From Lama glama (taxonomy: Eukaryota), in NCBI GenBank assembly GCA_028534125.1, contig CM052817.1:3164001-3228000 (forward strand): 64,000 bases of DNA, written 5' to 3'. Under the pieces are notes generated by a model. It was not told where the DNA came from. It made no database searches and was given only the letters and a program-made list of their open reading frames with translations. Shown piece after piece: positions 12,612-25,628 of this stretch (position 1 is its first letter; each line of letters opens with the position of its first letter). Both the position numbers and the translations under genes were made by a program.

Positions 12612-13060
12612 TTATCAGGTAGAATTAGGTTTGATTGTAAGTAATAGAAACTGGGGAGGGGGGAGGAGTGACTCAAACGAGATAGAAACTCATTTTTCAT
12701 GTATGTAAAAGAAGTCCAGAGGTAACATTCCAGTATGGAAGTTCTACAAGATTACCAGGGACAGAGGTTCTTTCTGGATCACCATTCTACTGTCCCATGA
12801 GCTGGCCCTTGTCCTCATGGCTCAAGATGGTTGCTAGGGCTCCAGCCATCACGTCAACATGCAAGGCAACAGGAGGGAGAAAGAACAGAGGGAGAGAAAG
12901 GCTTGCCTTTAAAAGAAGGCTCTGAGAAGTCTCATAGATATGACAATTCCACTTACACCTCATTGACCAGATCTTAGAAACATGACCACATGTAGCTACA
13001 AGGGAAGCTGGGAAATATAGTCCTAGCCAGGAAGCAATGTACTAGGTAAAATTGGGGGCT
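12612..13060 (-). mobile_element. Old MaLR LTR (MLT1J/K-like)
   Basis: ggctcaagatggttgctagggctccagccatcacgtc and catgaccacatgtagctacaagggaagctgggaaatatagtc match recalled old MLT1 consensus phrases. Confidence 0.65.
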
Positions 13061-13384
13061 TGTTAAACTAAAATGAAGGGGAAGAATGAATATTGAAAAG
13101 TCTCTGAGTTCCTACAACAGCTACCTTGAGAATGAGGATGTGAGATCATCATGGGAAGGAGGAATGGAGAGGGGAGCAGGTAGAAATGGGATATATATTT
13201 CTATTATTCCATTAGCTCTAGTGAAAACATTTTGAAGAAATAATTTTGGAAAACTTAAGAACATTTTAAATAAACACGACGGGGATATTTCCCCATACAT
13301 TTTCACATAAAATTCAAGGAACGATGTAATGAACCAACACCTTCATCAAGTTCTTCCAGCGCTTTGATTACGGCAACTCACTGC

Positions 13385-13911
13385 CTTCCGATTTCCCAGG
13401 TTTCTGATGAGAAATCTGCTTACGATCTTATTGACGATCCCTTGTTTGTGACAAGTTGCTTCTCTCTTGCTGCCTTCAAGATCCTTTGTCTTTCAGAAGT
13501 TTGACTGTAATGTGTCTTGGTGTGGAACTCTCAGCGTTCGGAGCCCATCAAGCTTTTTAAGTATGTATAGTCATGTCTTTCATCAATTTTAAGGAAGTTC
13601 TTGGCCACTATTTCTCCAAATAATTTCTCTGCCCCTTTCTCACTCTCTTCTCTTTCTGGGACTTGCATAATGCATCCGTTGGTTCACTTGATAGTGTCCC
13701 ATAGGTTTCAAATGGTGTTCACTTTTCTTTAATCTTTTTTCTTTCTGTTCCTCAGATTTTATCATTTCAATTGTCCTATCTTCAAGTTCTCTGATTCTTT
13801 CTTCTGTCTGCTCAAATCTGTTTTTGAATCTCTCTAGAGGATTTTCCATTTCAATTACTGATCCCTTTAGCTCCAGAATTTCTTTTTGGTTCCATTTATT
13901 CTATTTTTCGG
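13385..13911 (-). mobile_element. Old LINE-1 (L1M) ORF1 fragment, left of the Tigger1 insertion
   Basis: ORF 13640-13849 reads NPLERFKNRFEQTEERIRELEDRTIEMIKSEEQKEKRLKKSE, the L1 ORF1p coiled coil. Confidence 0.9.
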
Positions 13912-13913
13912 TA

Positions 13914-16274
13914 CAGGCAGAACTCAGAGATATTGTGGGTTCAGCTCCAGGCCACCACAATAAAGCAAATATCACAGTTAAGCTAGTCACACAAATTTGT
14001 TGGTTTTTCAGTGTATATAAAAGTTATGTTTACACTATACCATAGTCTATTAAGTGTGCAACAGCAGTATGTCTTACAAAATGCACACCCGTTGGTTAAA
14101 AAGTACTTCATTGCTAAAAAAATGTTAACCATCATCTGAGACTTCAGTGAGTCATAATCTTTTTGCTTGCTCGAGTTGGGGTGGGGTGGTGGGGTCTCGC
14201 CTCAATGTTGATGGCCACAGAGTGATCAGGGTGGTGGTTGCTGAAGGCTGGAGTGGCCGTGGCTTTTTCCTAAAATAAGACATGATGTTCACTGCATTGA
14301 CTGGCTCTTTCTTTTATGAATATTTTCTCTGTAGAATGCAATGCTGTTTGATAGCATTTTATCCACAGCAAAACTCCTTTCAAAATTAGAGTCAGTCCTC
14401 TCAAACTGCCACTGCTCTATCAACTAAGTTTACCTAATATTTGAAAACAACAACTTCTGTTGTTATTTCAACAGTCTTCACACTGTCTTCACCAGGAGTA
14501 GATTCCATCTCTTTCTTGGCTCATCTATAAAAAGCAACTCCTCATCTATCAAAGTTTTAGCATGAAGTTGCAGTAATTGAGTCCCATCTACAGGCTCCAC
14601 TTCTAATTCTGGTTCTCGTGCTGTTTCCAACACATCTGCAGTTATTTCCTCTACTCAAGTCTTGAATTTCTCAGCCATCTATGAGGGCTGGAGTTAACTT
14701 TTTGCAAGTTCCTGTGAGTGTCGATGTTCTGACCTCGTCCCATGACCATGAATGTTCTTCATGACATTTAGAATGGTGGGTCCTTCCCAGAAGGTTTTCA
14801 ATTGACTTGGCTCAGATCCGTCAGAGGAATCACTGTCTGTGGCAGCCTTATGAAATGTATTTCTTAAATAAGAAGACTTGAAGTTTGAAATTACTCCCTG
14901 ATGCATGGATGGCAGAAGGGGTGTTGTATTAGCAGGCATGAAAACAGTTTCCACCTCACTGTCCACCTCCCTCAAGCTCATGGGCGACCAGGTGCACTGG
15001 TAATGAGCAGTCATGTTTTGAAAGGAATCTTTTCTTCCTGAGCAGTGCACCTCAACAGTGGACCTCAAATACTCAGTAAGCCATGTTGTAAGCAGATAAA
15101 CTGTCACTCAGGTTTTGTTCCATTTACAAAGCACAGGCAGAGGAGATTGAGCATAACTTTTAAGGGGCCTAAGATTTTCAGACGGTAAATGAGTTTCGAT
15201 TTCAACTTAAAGCCACCAGCTGCGTCAGCCCCTGATAAGAGAGTCAGCCCGTCTTTTGAAGCCAGACATCGACTTCTCCTCTCTAATTATGGAAGTTCTA
15301 GATGCCACCTCCTTCCGATGGAAGGCTTTTTGTCTGCGCTGAAAGTCCGCCGTGCAGTGCAGCCTCCTTCGCTCGCAATCTAAGCTAGGTTGGGGGAACT
15401 TGCCGCGGCGGCTCCGGCAGCACTCGCCGCTGCACTCCGCACTTCCGTGTTGCGGAGACGGCTTCTTTCCTTAAATCGCACGGACCAACCTCTGCGAGCT
15501 CCACACTTCCCTTCTGCAGCTTCCCCGCCTCTCTCAGCCTTCACAGGACTGAAGAGAGTCAGCGCCCAGCTCAGGACGAGGCCTTGGGTGAAGGGAATGC
15601 TGTGGCTGGTTTGATCTTCTGTCTAGACCACTCCGGCTTTCTCAACACCAGCAACGAGGCTGTTTCACTTTCTTATCGTTCATGCGTTCATCGGGGAAGC
15701 ACTTTTAATTTCCTCCCAGAACTCCTCCTTTGCAGCCACACCTGGCTGTTTGGTGCAAGAGGCCTCGCTTTTGTCCTGTTTGGCTTCTGACATGCCTGCC
15801 TCGCTAAGTGTAATCGTTCCTAGGTTTTGATTTAAGGCGAGAGACATGTGACTTTTCCATTCACTGAAACAGAGGTCATTGTAGGGTTGTTAACTGGCCT
15901 AATTTCAATACTGTTGTGTCTCAGGGAACAGGGAGGCTGAGGAGAAGGAGAAAGACGGGGGGATGGCTGGTTGGTGGGCCAGTCAGAATGCACACAACAT
16001 TGATCAACTAAGTTTGCCCACAAACAATTACGCCAGTAACATCAGAGAGCACTGATCACAGACCATCATATCAAATATGGTAATAATGGAAAAGTTTCAG
16101 CTACTGTGAGATCTACCAACATGTGACACAGAGACACAAAGTGAGCAAGCGCTGTTGGAAAAATGGTGCCAACAGACTTGCTCCAAGCCAGGTCGCCACA
16201 AACTTATAATTTGTAAAAAATGCAGTATCTGGAAAGTGCAATAAAGCAAAGCACAGTAAGACAAGGTGCGCCGG
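13914..16274 (-). mobile_element. Near full-length Tigger1 (TcMar/pogo) DNA transposon with a decayed transposase
   Basis: Left end ta|CAGGCA; right end degenerate (aaggtgcgccgg). About 2.36 kb. The peptide VFMPANTTPLLPSMHQGVISNFKSSYLRNTFHKAA...DSDSSDGS...LKTFW matches the Tigger1/TIGD1 DDE domain. Stops and frameshifts throughout. Confidence 0.93.
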
Positions 16275-17210
16275 TTCTATTTCATTCATACACTTTTCCT
16301 GGCTTTCTCCATGCTTCCTTCAGTTCTTTGAGCATCTTGAAGACAGCCGTACTAAAGTCTTTGTCTAGTAGGTCTGCCATCTGGCCTTTCTCTTTGGTAT
16401 TTTTTTCCTTTGAAGGGCTCATACTTTCTTTATATGCCTTGTGGTTTTTTGTTGTTGAAAATTGGGCGTTGGAATCTAATAATATGGTGACTCTGCAAAT
16501 CAGGTAGTCTCCCTTGCCTGGGGTTTGCTGGGGTTTTTTGGTTTTGATTTTGATTTTGATTACTACCAGCTGCCTCTGTATCAGGGATCAGCCTGAGGTG
16601 TAAGCTGAAGTTCTCAGCTCTTTCCTGAGCCTGAGTCTTCCCCGGGCATACATGGTAGCTTTCTAAATCCCCCCACCTATGTGGTTGCTTTGAACATCCT
16701 AGTCCTTAAATGTTGGCTCCTAAAGGGGAAAAAAGGAAAATAAAGGTGCAGTGGGGTTGGAAACAGGCTCTGGCCCTTTAAATCCCTTGGAAGCTGCTTC
16801 AGCTGGTGGTGGAGGCACTGACAGCGGCTTGCCTGGGTGTCTGCACCCATGATCGGAAGCAACAATCAACAGTCAGCAGAGACTCCCAGTACTGGGGGAC
16901 ATGGTCCAGAATGTCAGGGCAAGGCCCTGATGCCCACCCTGGCTCCTGCAAGCTGCTCCAGGGGCCCATGCCCGGCTCCCTGCCATGGGCCTGGGGAGGC
17001 AGTGGTGAAGCTGCTACCATGGGGAGAGCTAACGCTGGGGAAATTAACCTTGATTTACTGCACAGGCATTCCCCTGGTGCAAGCCTTTGGATAGACTCCT
17101 GTGTTCCAAAACAGTTACACCAGGTAGCGTCTGCCAGTGCAACTGCTGTTCAAGGGAGAAGATGGACCCCTGGTGCGCCCCAGGTCACCATCTTCCCTGA
17201 TGTCACTTCC
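16275..17210 (-). mobile_element. Old LINE-1 (L1M) 5' portion, continuing the element split by Tigger1
   Basis: ttcagttctttgagcatcttgaagacag...aaagtctttgtctagtaggtc is the L1 ORF1 start region in reverse, followed by sequence resembling an L1M 5' UTR. Confidence 0.7.
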
Positions 17211-19169
17211 TCCTTTATTTTTACCCTTTATGGATTTTATTTTATAGAAACATATTATGGATAAAATATTGTTTTACTTTAAAGTACATTTGCATTTACT
17301 TTAAGCTTATGAATATTTTTATATAATTGATGGTTTTTTGGGTTTTTCTCCTCTTTGTCTGTTTACAGCCTTTGCCCATATTTATTGCCCCACTAGGGAA
17401 CATAAGTATTTTTTAAAATCTCTGCAAGTAAGTAATTCAAGCAAAGGGTGCCGGCAAATATAATACAAACTGTCCGCCCACTACAGTTTTCAGAGGCAGG
17501 TGAGGTAAAACAGCCGAACGGTACTGTGGATACTTTCTCAAGCAGAAGGAAACTGGGAAGGCTTGATGCGGCGCAGAATCTGGCGAAGCTGCGTTGAAGC
17601 TCCTCTAAGCTAACTTTGCTGGTGGCAAGGTGAACCCTTTTAGGAAGGAACTAAGCCACACAGATATTTATATCCTTTGTCCAGAAGTTCTTCTCAGACT
17701 AAGTTGAGAAAATAAAACAAACAAAAATACCTGCAGGCACAAATATATTCATGGCAGCACTGCTTATGCTTACGAAACATGGAAACACCCAAATGTATAA
17801 ACAACAGGGATCTGGCTTAGCTGAACAAGGTGCGTCTCCTCCGTTGAACGTTTCGCAGTCATTTAAAGTGGATATCATGTGTCATTCGGGAAAAACTCTC
17901 CTGAGACAATGTCACGTGAGAGCCAGGCTGTGGACCGAGTGTCTGCAGTGATGCAGGTACAGAAAAGTCGGTCTGGCAGGGGGCCAAGGGTGGAGGAAAA
18001 CCAAACAGGGCTGGGTGTGGAGGGCAGGAGGGAGGGAGGCTGTGGTGAGCGCCCCTCGGCTCTGATTTCTATGGTTTTCATGATGTTACTTGGGCAATTG
18101 AAGGGGAAAAAAAGAAAGATGGAGTGCTTTGAGGGGAGGAAACGGGCAAGAGTTACAAATTCACCCTATAACAACAAAATCTGATGAGGAAATTCAATTA
18201 GCCAGCTCTCCAAGTCGTTGGTAGGAGCACCGGGGGTCTGGCTGCTCCCCCGAGTTTGGTGAAGAGGAAGCAGACAGCTTCCTGGATGGGCAATGCTCTC
18301 AGCAAGACCATATGTGGGCTCGGGGAGGGGGCAATCCCTGATTGTCGCTCAGCTGGCCCGTCATCCTCCACCGCCTTTCATTGGGTCCTGGATGGGCCCC
18401 CCGAGAGAGGACACTTAGTGCCAGTGCCAATGCCACCAGATACGAATGGGTCCCTGGTCTTCCCTTGAAACTGGATGACGGGAGGGACATAGTGTCTGAT
18501 TCTGTCACCCACTTGTGATGGGGGGCTGTACTTCCATCACTGCCCTGTGATTCTTTCCAATGACCCCTATTTCTACAGAAATGGGCAAGAAGGAAGCTGA
18601 CAGGTAGCACGTGAGGTCAAGGGTCTGTGGTGGGATGCACGCACGGTGCTTCCTGCAAACACTGCCAAAGACTCTGAGGAACACCCATGCCGTCTCAGCC
18701 AAGGACCAAGGAGGTTCAGTGCTCCGGGTCACAGAGGATGTGGCTTGTGGCTGTAGCTCCTTAGAACGCCCTCAGAAACGGCCTGGACTCTGGTCCAGCC
18801 TCCCCAGTCCCAGGAGAGGGGCAGTAGGTGCCCAGGTCCCAATGCCAGAAGGAAAGGACGCAGGTATCCAACCCCAGGACTAAGGTCCAGGACCCAGGAT
18901 GCTGTAGTCCCAGGAGAGGAGGAGGAGCCTCTCAGAAGATGAATAGGCCCCTCACCCCCCGGGAAGCCAAAGGCACCTGCCCTACAAGAGACATCAGCCT
19001 TTCATTTCCTTACTCTGGGAGACTGGAGAGGCTCTATCAAGCTGACTCCTTTCTTTTCTATTTTTCCCCCTCTTCTTTTTCTTTTTCTAAAGAGATGTTT
19101 TAAACAGTTTTTAAAAGCCTCAGGAACTTTCCCATTCCTGGCTCACAATGGGTCTGAGGGTGACCCATG

Positions 19170-19545
19170 CAGGAGTTCTGCATCCAAGTCTCGTCCAGCA
19201 ACCACAGCCTCCAGTCCTGCAGAGCCCCAGGCATCCATTTCCTCTCGACCCATCCCCTCTCTCTGACCTCCAGCCTGCCTTCTCCTGCCCCGGGGCCTTT
19301 GCACCTGCACGGCCAGCCACCTGACAGCTTTTCCCCCAACATGTGGGCTTCAGATGAAAATGCCCCCCATCACTCTCACTCCCTCCACAGCATAGATCAC
19401 AGCTTGCAATTATTTTGCACATTTGTCTGCTTGATTTCCCGCCCGTTTCCTCTCTGAAACCCCCATCAGAGCAAGAAACTGGGGTGTCTGACTCGCAGCT
19501 GTAGCCTCAGCTCCCAGCTTACGTCTGACGCCCAGGAAGTCTCTG
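19170..19545 (+). mobile_element. L2 LINE 3' fragment
   Basis: Contains cggggcctttgcacctgc and tttgcacatttgtctgcttg, with L2 3'-end-like composition. Confidence 0.6.
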
Positions 19546-20331
19546 CGGGAGGAAGGTCTCCCTCAGTCCACGCTCCTGAGCTGTGCGCACAGGACAGCGC
19601 TCTGCCCTCTGGAGGGGGTGCAGCAGGCGGCTGGCTCAGACGCATCCGAGGCTCAGTTTGAGAACTGCTTTGGTTTCTTACTAGCTGTGTGACCTCAGAC
19701 AGGACTCTCAGCCTCTTTGAATGCCAGTCACCTCCTCTGTAAAACTGGAATAACACATCAGTAGGCAGGAGGCTGTGCATCCTGAGGCAGGGCTGGGCGG
19801 GGTCTGAGCAGCCTCTCCATCCCCCTCTTTGCCAGCCAGCCAAGGGGAAGGAAGCAGCATTAATTAAGCACCTACTGTGTACCAGCCACCATACGAGGCA
19901 GTTGGAATGCAAGTGAATAAAACAGAAAGGGCCCCGCACCCCAGAAATTCCAGATGAAAGCAGGAGACGGACACAGGTGGGTCCCAAAAGTGTCAGGAAG
20001 GAGAAGGGTGGGGTGTGAGCAGGAACCTGAGGCCTGGACCAGCCCCAAGAGTTACCAGGAAGAGATAGTTCTCTGAAACATCACATGTGTAGGAATTTGG
20101 GGAAGAGAAAGACCAGGCAGAGGGAAGAGCACAGCAGAGGCCCTAAGACAGGAGGAAGCGGGGCACCTGTGAGGACGGAGTGGAGCTCAGGGGCGGAGTA
20201 GCTGGAGAAGGCACAGCCCCCCTTTCTTGTCCATCCTGACCTGGTGACCACCAAGCACATGCCCGGGAGCCCTGTGGCCCCATGAGTCACTGCAGGCTCA
20301 GGCCCAGGCAGAACAGGGAAGTCACTCTTAC

Positions 20332-20421
20332 CTTAGGCAGTGCGTACTTCGGCAGCTTCATCAGGACAAATTCATTGCGGCGATAAGAGATGTAGTATTT
20401 GGTCTGGTTTGTTGAGGTTGC
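20332..20421 (-). CDS. SORCS2: SORCS2 coding exon (exon 8), 90 bp, phase 0 to 0; not shown in this frame in the ORF track
   Basis: Read by hand: ATSTNQTKYYISYRRNEFVLMKLPKYALPK. Acceptor ctcccccctcccattag|GCA, donor AAG|gtaaga. Confidence 0.96.
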
Positions 20422-23400
20422 CTAATGGGAGGGGGAGAACACATTTTTAAGGGACTAGGCTTCCTGTCAAGTCGCATCCTCATGAATGAAAAACAACACA
20501 TGCATTTCAGCTGCTGAGAATGCCCTTGTACTTTGCTTGTACTTGCTTTGCCTGAAATGGACAGACTCCTATTCATCCTTCAGAGCCCCATACCAAATGC
20601 CCCTCTCTGGGAGGACTTCTTCCACCTCCCTTAGTTAGAACTAACCTCCTTCCCCATGCCCTCAGCACTTGTTTCCCTATATCCGAGTTATAGAACAAAT
20701 TGAAGAAAATTCTGTTCCTCAAAACTTCTCTGAGGAGGAATATTTGGTGAGCCTCTGTGTGGAAGAAGAGATGGGCCAAATGTAAGCCCAAGCCACAAAA
20801 GATGACCACCAAACCATGAGGCATGAGAAACAAAATGAGAAGCAACACTCCTGAGACTGTCACGTGGCCAGGCCTCTCCTGAAAAGCCCATCAGCCTCAA
20901 AACCAGCAACTCCACAGACTGTGATCATTTCCATTTTAAAGATGAGAAAACTGAGGCACAGAGATGGAGTCACTTGTCTCCCACAGGAGGTAGTAGAAGA
21001 GACAGAAAAAGAGGGGCGGGGAGAGGAGGAAGAGGGGAAAGGGGGCAAACGGGCGACGGGAGAGGGAGTGGTCCGGGGAGGCGATCCTCTGTCTCCGCTG
21101 AGTCTCACACTGTGGGTGTGTGACTGTGTGCATCTCACGTGTGTGTGCACAATTGTGAATGTGGTTCCCATGTGTGCGAGCGAGCACAGGTGCATCTCTG
21201 CGCATGTGTGCCAGTCTTCTTTACGTGTGTGTGTGTCCATCTGTGGCAACACAGTGCAGTGCTTCAGAGCACAGCCCCCTGCATCGCTGCCTGGGGTCAA
21301 GTTCCAGCCGCACCATCTATAAGCCACGTGGCCCTGGGAGAGTGTGAGCCTCAGTCTCCCCCCGTAAGATGGAGACGGCAGGGTCAGAGGCCCCCTGGTG
21401 GGCGGTTGTGGGGTTAGCAGCTGTGAAGCGCTGGGCAGCGCATGGCCCCAGCGGGAATCATATAGGCGCGGGGCGTGGTTACTATTATAAATCGACAAAT
21501 ACACAGCCACCCGCACGACAGGCCCATAACGTGTGAAGCATCGTGGCTACAGCGATGAGAGACTTCTGTAGCCCACTTGGTCCCCGAGGGCAGGGACTGT
21601 GAGGTCTGCAGTGGTCTGGCCCTCAGCGCCCCAAGTGGGCTGTGTTGTGTGGGGGAAGCACGGGGGTCGTGGGAGCTCAAAGAAAGGAACCTGGGCTGGG
21701 AGAGGCCGGGCAGACTTCCTGGAGGAGGTAGCACCCTGCTTCCTCAGAAGGAAGAGCCACGCAGTCTGGAGACAGGCCAGCTGCTTAGCAGCAGGGGAGG
21801 ACGCCACAGAGAGTGGCCAAGAGAAGTCGCTGCCCCTTCTGAGAGCCCCGTGCACCATCAGCTGAGCTCCAGGGAAGGGCAGAGGCAGGGCCAGGCCCCA
21901 GCAGGCTTCAGGCACTTGAGAAGTTCCCAGCCCCTGGGAGTCATGGGTGGAGGCCCAGCAAGCCAGGGCCTGAACAGTCCCACTCCTGCCAGGAGCTGGC
22001 GGCCAAAACCACTGGGTCTTCCGGGGGCTTGTGCTCCAGACCCAAGGCCGCAGGCCGAGTAGAACCAGAGCCGCTGTCTCTGAGATGCAAACATGCCTTC
22101 TGCCTGGTGCGGGCAGCCAGGCGGGCCAGGCCTCGACCTGTCGGAATGCTCTAAACACAGAAACGTCCTCACATGTGAACCTGCCCACGTGGCTGTCACT
22201 GTCTCACAGTGGCCAACCCGAAGCCTCGCTGTTGGGTCCGAGCGAGCCAAGGTGCTTTAACCCAGCTTTTCTCCCCTAAAGGGCAGCTTTAACCCACGAT
22301 CCAGCAGGACTGTGGCCCAGCCATGAAGACAGCCGGCGTCTGTCCTGGGCCTCCTGGGTGGGCAGGAATTGCTGTGCCCATTTTACAGATTTGCAAACAG
22401 AGGCTAGAGGTGGGAGGATGGCCCAACGCCAGTCCGTGGCACACTGTGTCTGATGAACTGGCCCCTGAGGCCCAGATCCTCCCCTCCGGAGGGTGAGCCC
22501 CGGTCCCTGCCCCACAGCACAGCTTCCGCTAAGGAATCTGCACCAAGAGCTTCTGGGCACCTCAACTCCGGGCGCTCCTTGTCTAACCCTACGACTTCCC
22601 AGGTGCTTAGCAGCCTCGGCGGGCCAAGCCTTCCTCCTGAGCCTCCTTCAGGCCTCCCACCAGGGGCCTTCCATGGTGACCACTGAGCCCCACGCCAGGC
22701 CTGTGGCTCCCCCAGGGTCCCAGGTCTGTCCAGGGTCACCTGCCCTTAGGTGGAGGGTCTGGATTGTGCCACCAGAGTGTATTGAAGACCAGGCCGTGGG
22801 TGAAGGGCAGGCCAGACACCCAATGGTCCTTCAGGAGGTGTGACGGATGCTCCCTACCTGCCCAGGTGAGAGGACACACGGAGGGAGGGGTTGGGCGCCA
22901 TCCTACACCTCCCGCTGCCCCTGCCCACTGGCCCCAGTGAGGTGGACTGGACCAGTGAGGAGGGAGCCAATGAGGGGAGCATCCCCACCTGGGGTTCTGT
23001 CCTGGCTGGCAGTGTCCCCTCACCCCACCCCTAGTTCTGTCCCAGCTGGCAGTGTCCCATGACAGGGCATTTAGTTTTCCTGAGCCTCAACTTTCTCTCC
23101 AATAAAATGGGGCATTGGAAAGATGTGAAATACGATGAGTGAAGCTGTTCGTGGGCATCTGTCGCACAGGAGTTGCTCAGGAGAGAGCAGCCATGTCACC
23201 AGGAGGATGCTGGGAGGGTGACGGGAGAGGAGACCACAGGGCATCCACCCTTCCAGGCTGGACACTGTAGCAGCCGCCCCCAGAGCCGGGCACCTGTCCT
23301 GAGAGACGGAAATGCCCCAGGACAGCCCATAGCAGGTGTGGGAAACACACGCTCCTGCTCCTCGAGGCCATGGTCACACCCCTGGGCGACAGGAGGACCA

Positions 23401-25509
23401 GCCCAGGCCAGGAACAGAGGGTCTGCGTCTCACAGGTACCTCCTGCCCCGTCTCCACTGCCGGGTTCCCCCAGGAAATGGACTGTCGGGTTCATCGCACA
23501 CTTAGTTGAAGGAGAGGAGGGGTGGGAAGGGCCACCCGGCACAGAGCCTGGATCCTCTGAGGACCAGGAAGGAGGGGAAGGAAGGAGGGTGTCACTGGGG
23601 GCTCCCTGCAAGGAGCGGGCTAAAGAGGAGGGAACGCAGAGACCACCCTCTAGGTGACATCCAGCTGGGGGTTGGGGACAGCTTTTCTGGGCAGGGGTTC
23701 AGAAGCATGGGGGCCAGAGGGACTCAGGTCAGGAGCTAGACAGAGCACAGTGGCCCCAACATGCTACCGCAGCCGGGTGCGCACTGCAGGGCGGGGCATT
23801 CTGTCTGCACAAACATCACTAGTGTCAGACCAGGCCTCTGTGGCCACAAGGAACAAGCCAGAGCCAGAGCCATCACACCTGAGCACAGACCGGCCAGAGG
23901 TGACCCCAGGCCTTCCTGGCTGAGCGAGTAGGGGCTGCACCTTCACCCGTCACGGCTCAGCCTCCTGAGCCCCCTCCTTCCAGCCCGGAGCATCGAGCTG
24001 CCGCATCACAGCGTGGCCCCGCTTCCCGACAGCACCTGAGTCCTCCCGAGCCCCCTCCCGTGGCCCACCCTCTGGCCAGGCCTTCCCAGCCCCTCTGACT
24101 GAGCCGCCCCCAAGAGAGCACGCTCTCCCTCACTGCATGAGGATCAGCCAGCCTGTCCGGGCACAGGTGTGTCCTTGGGGTCTCAGGCTGGCGCGCTGGC
24201 AGACCAGACAGTCAGAATGTTTAGAAAACACTCAACATGGGAAATGGTTGTCGGAGACGCTGACACTGCCATTGCTCCAACGCTCGGCAGATAATCTGCA
24301 GAAACGCAGTGACACTTACTGGAAGATGGGGTGCTGAGAACAGCCCTGGAGCCCACCTTCGGACTGCAGGTTCCACAGTAACCAGCAAAGGGTGGAAGTG
24401 TGGTCTGAGCAGTGATGGAGGAAGGCACAGGGCTAGGGCACTCTGAGGAGGCAACCAGCAGGCCTGAAGTAGACTGGAAGTCATGGAAGGCTTCCTGGAG
24501 GAGGTGGTGCATGAATGTTGGAGGAGGAGGTGGGGGAGGGAGCGCAGGCATTCCAGGCTCAGGGAACAGCATGTGCAAACGCAGCAAGGGAATCAGAAGC
24601 TGTGAGGCTGGGCATCAGCAGAGGGCAAAGGAGAATGGGGCAGGGCTGGAAGTCTGGGCCGGTGGAACAGGAGCCTCTTGCCTGGCCTGCTCTAACAGGC
24701 CATGATGTACTCAGTTCCAGCTCCCAACTCTGCAGGAGGCCCTGGTACATTCTGCGCATGGAGAAGGGCAGCTGGGATGATGAAATGTCCCTGAGAGACA
24801 GCAAAGAGGAGGTCGGGGAGCAGGGAGGGGCCTTTGGGGGTGGCTCTTAAGGGGCCATCTCCACAGCAGCCTTTGGATTTGTTTCATGGGGTCCTAGAGG
24901 GCAGAACAGTGGTCACTGGATGAGAGGAGACAATTGTCTCTGTGTTGGAATGAAATTTCCAAAGATTTGAGCTACCCAGGAGAAGGGTAGGCTGTTTTAG
25001 AAGGATTGAGTTCCTCATCAGTGGCAGTAATCAAGAAGTCGGATGACCAGTTGTTCCCAGGAGTTTCTGAAAGGTCAGACCACCAGGTGGTCCCAGCTGT
25101 GACCTGCGTACCTGTGTGTATAGGCAGCAGGTCCTGGTTCCCAGGCTGTGGTCAGCTGAGACCTGGTGGCTGAAGGCAATGACCAGAGACAGCCTCCATC
25201 AATTCAAAGCCACCCACCGCAACCAGATGGTGTACGGGGTTGGGGTGGGGGCCCCAGGCTGTGGAGGCTCCTGGTGGGCAGAGGGAGAAGAGGCAGGCAG
25301 CATCCCTGAGCCAAGATTCTGGCCTGGGGGTGGGGGTGTGAGGGGGCCTGCAGGCACCAGCACAGGGGCGGGGGAAACTGAATTAAGTAACACTTGACAG
25401 CTATATAGCCATGTCGTGCTTCCTGTTTGAGTGACTTCATTTTCCCCAGAGTGGCTCAGACTCCACATCACCTACGGCCACTTTCCAAGAGCCCCTGAAG
25501 CAGCCTCAC

Positions 25510-25628
25510 CTTAAAGAAGATGTAATCGTCCTGCACCGTCAGTGAGCCGTGGTCAATGGGGCCTGCGAACGGCACCGTCAGCGTCTGATCGGAGCAACTG
25601 TGGGTCTGGCAGGTGACGTACCGGAAAC
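25510..25628 (-). CDS. SORCS2: SORCS2 coding exon (exon 7), 119 bp, phase 1 to 0
   Basis: (G)FRYVTCQTHSCSDQTLTVPFAGPIDHGSLTVQDDYIFFK. Acceptor ctcgcccctgcag|GT, donor AAG|gtgagg. Confidence 0.96.

Noticed and set aside
14694..15107. Domesticated transposase gene (TIGD1-like)
   Set aside because: Only a fragment is open. The neighbouring sequence has stops and frameshifts, and the conserved QPMDQG motif reads PSMHQG.
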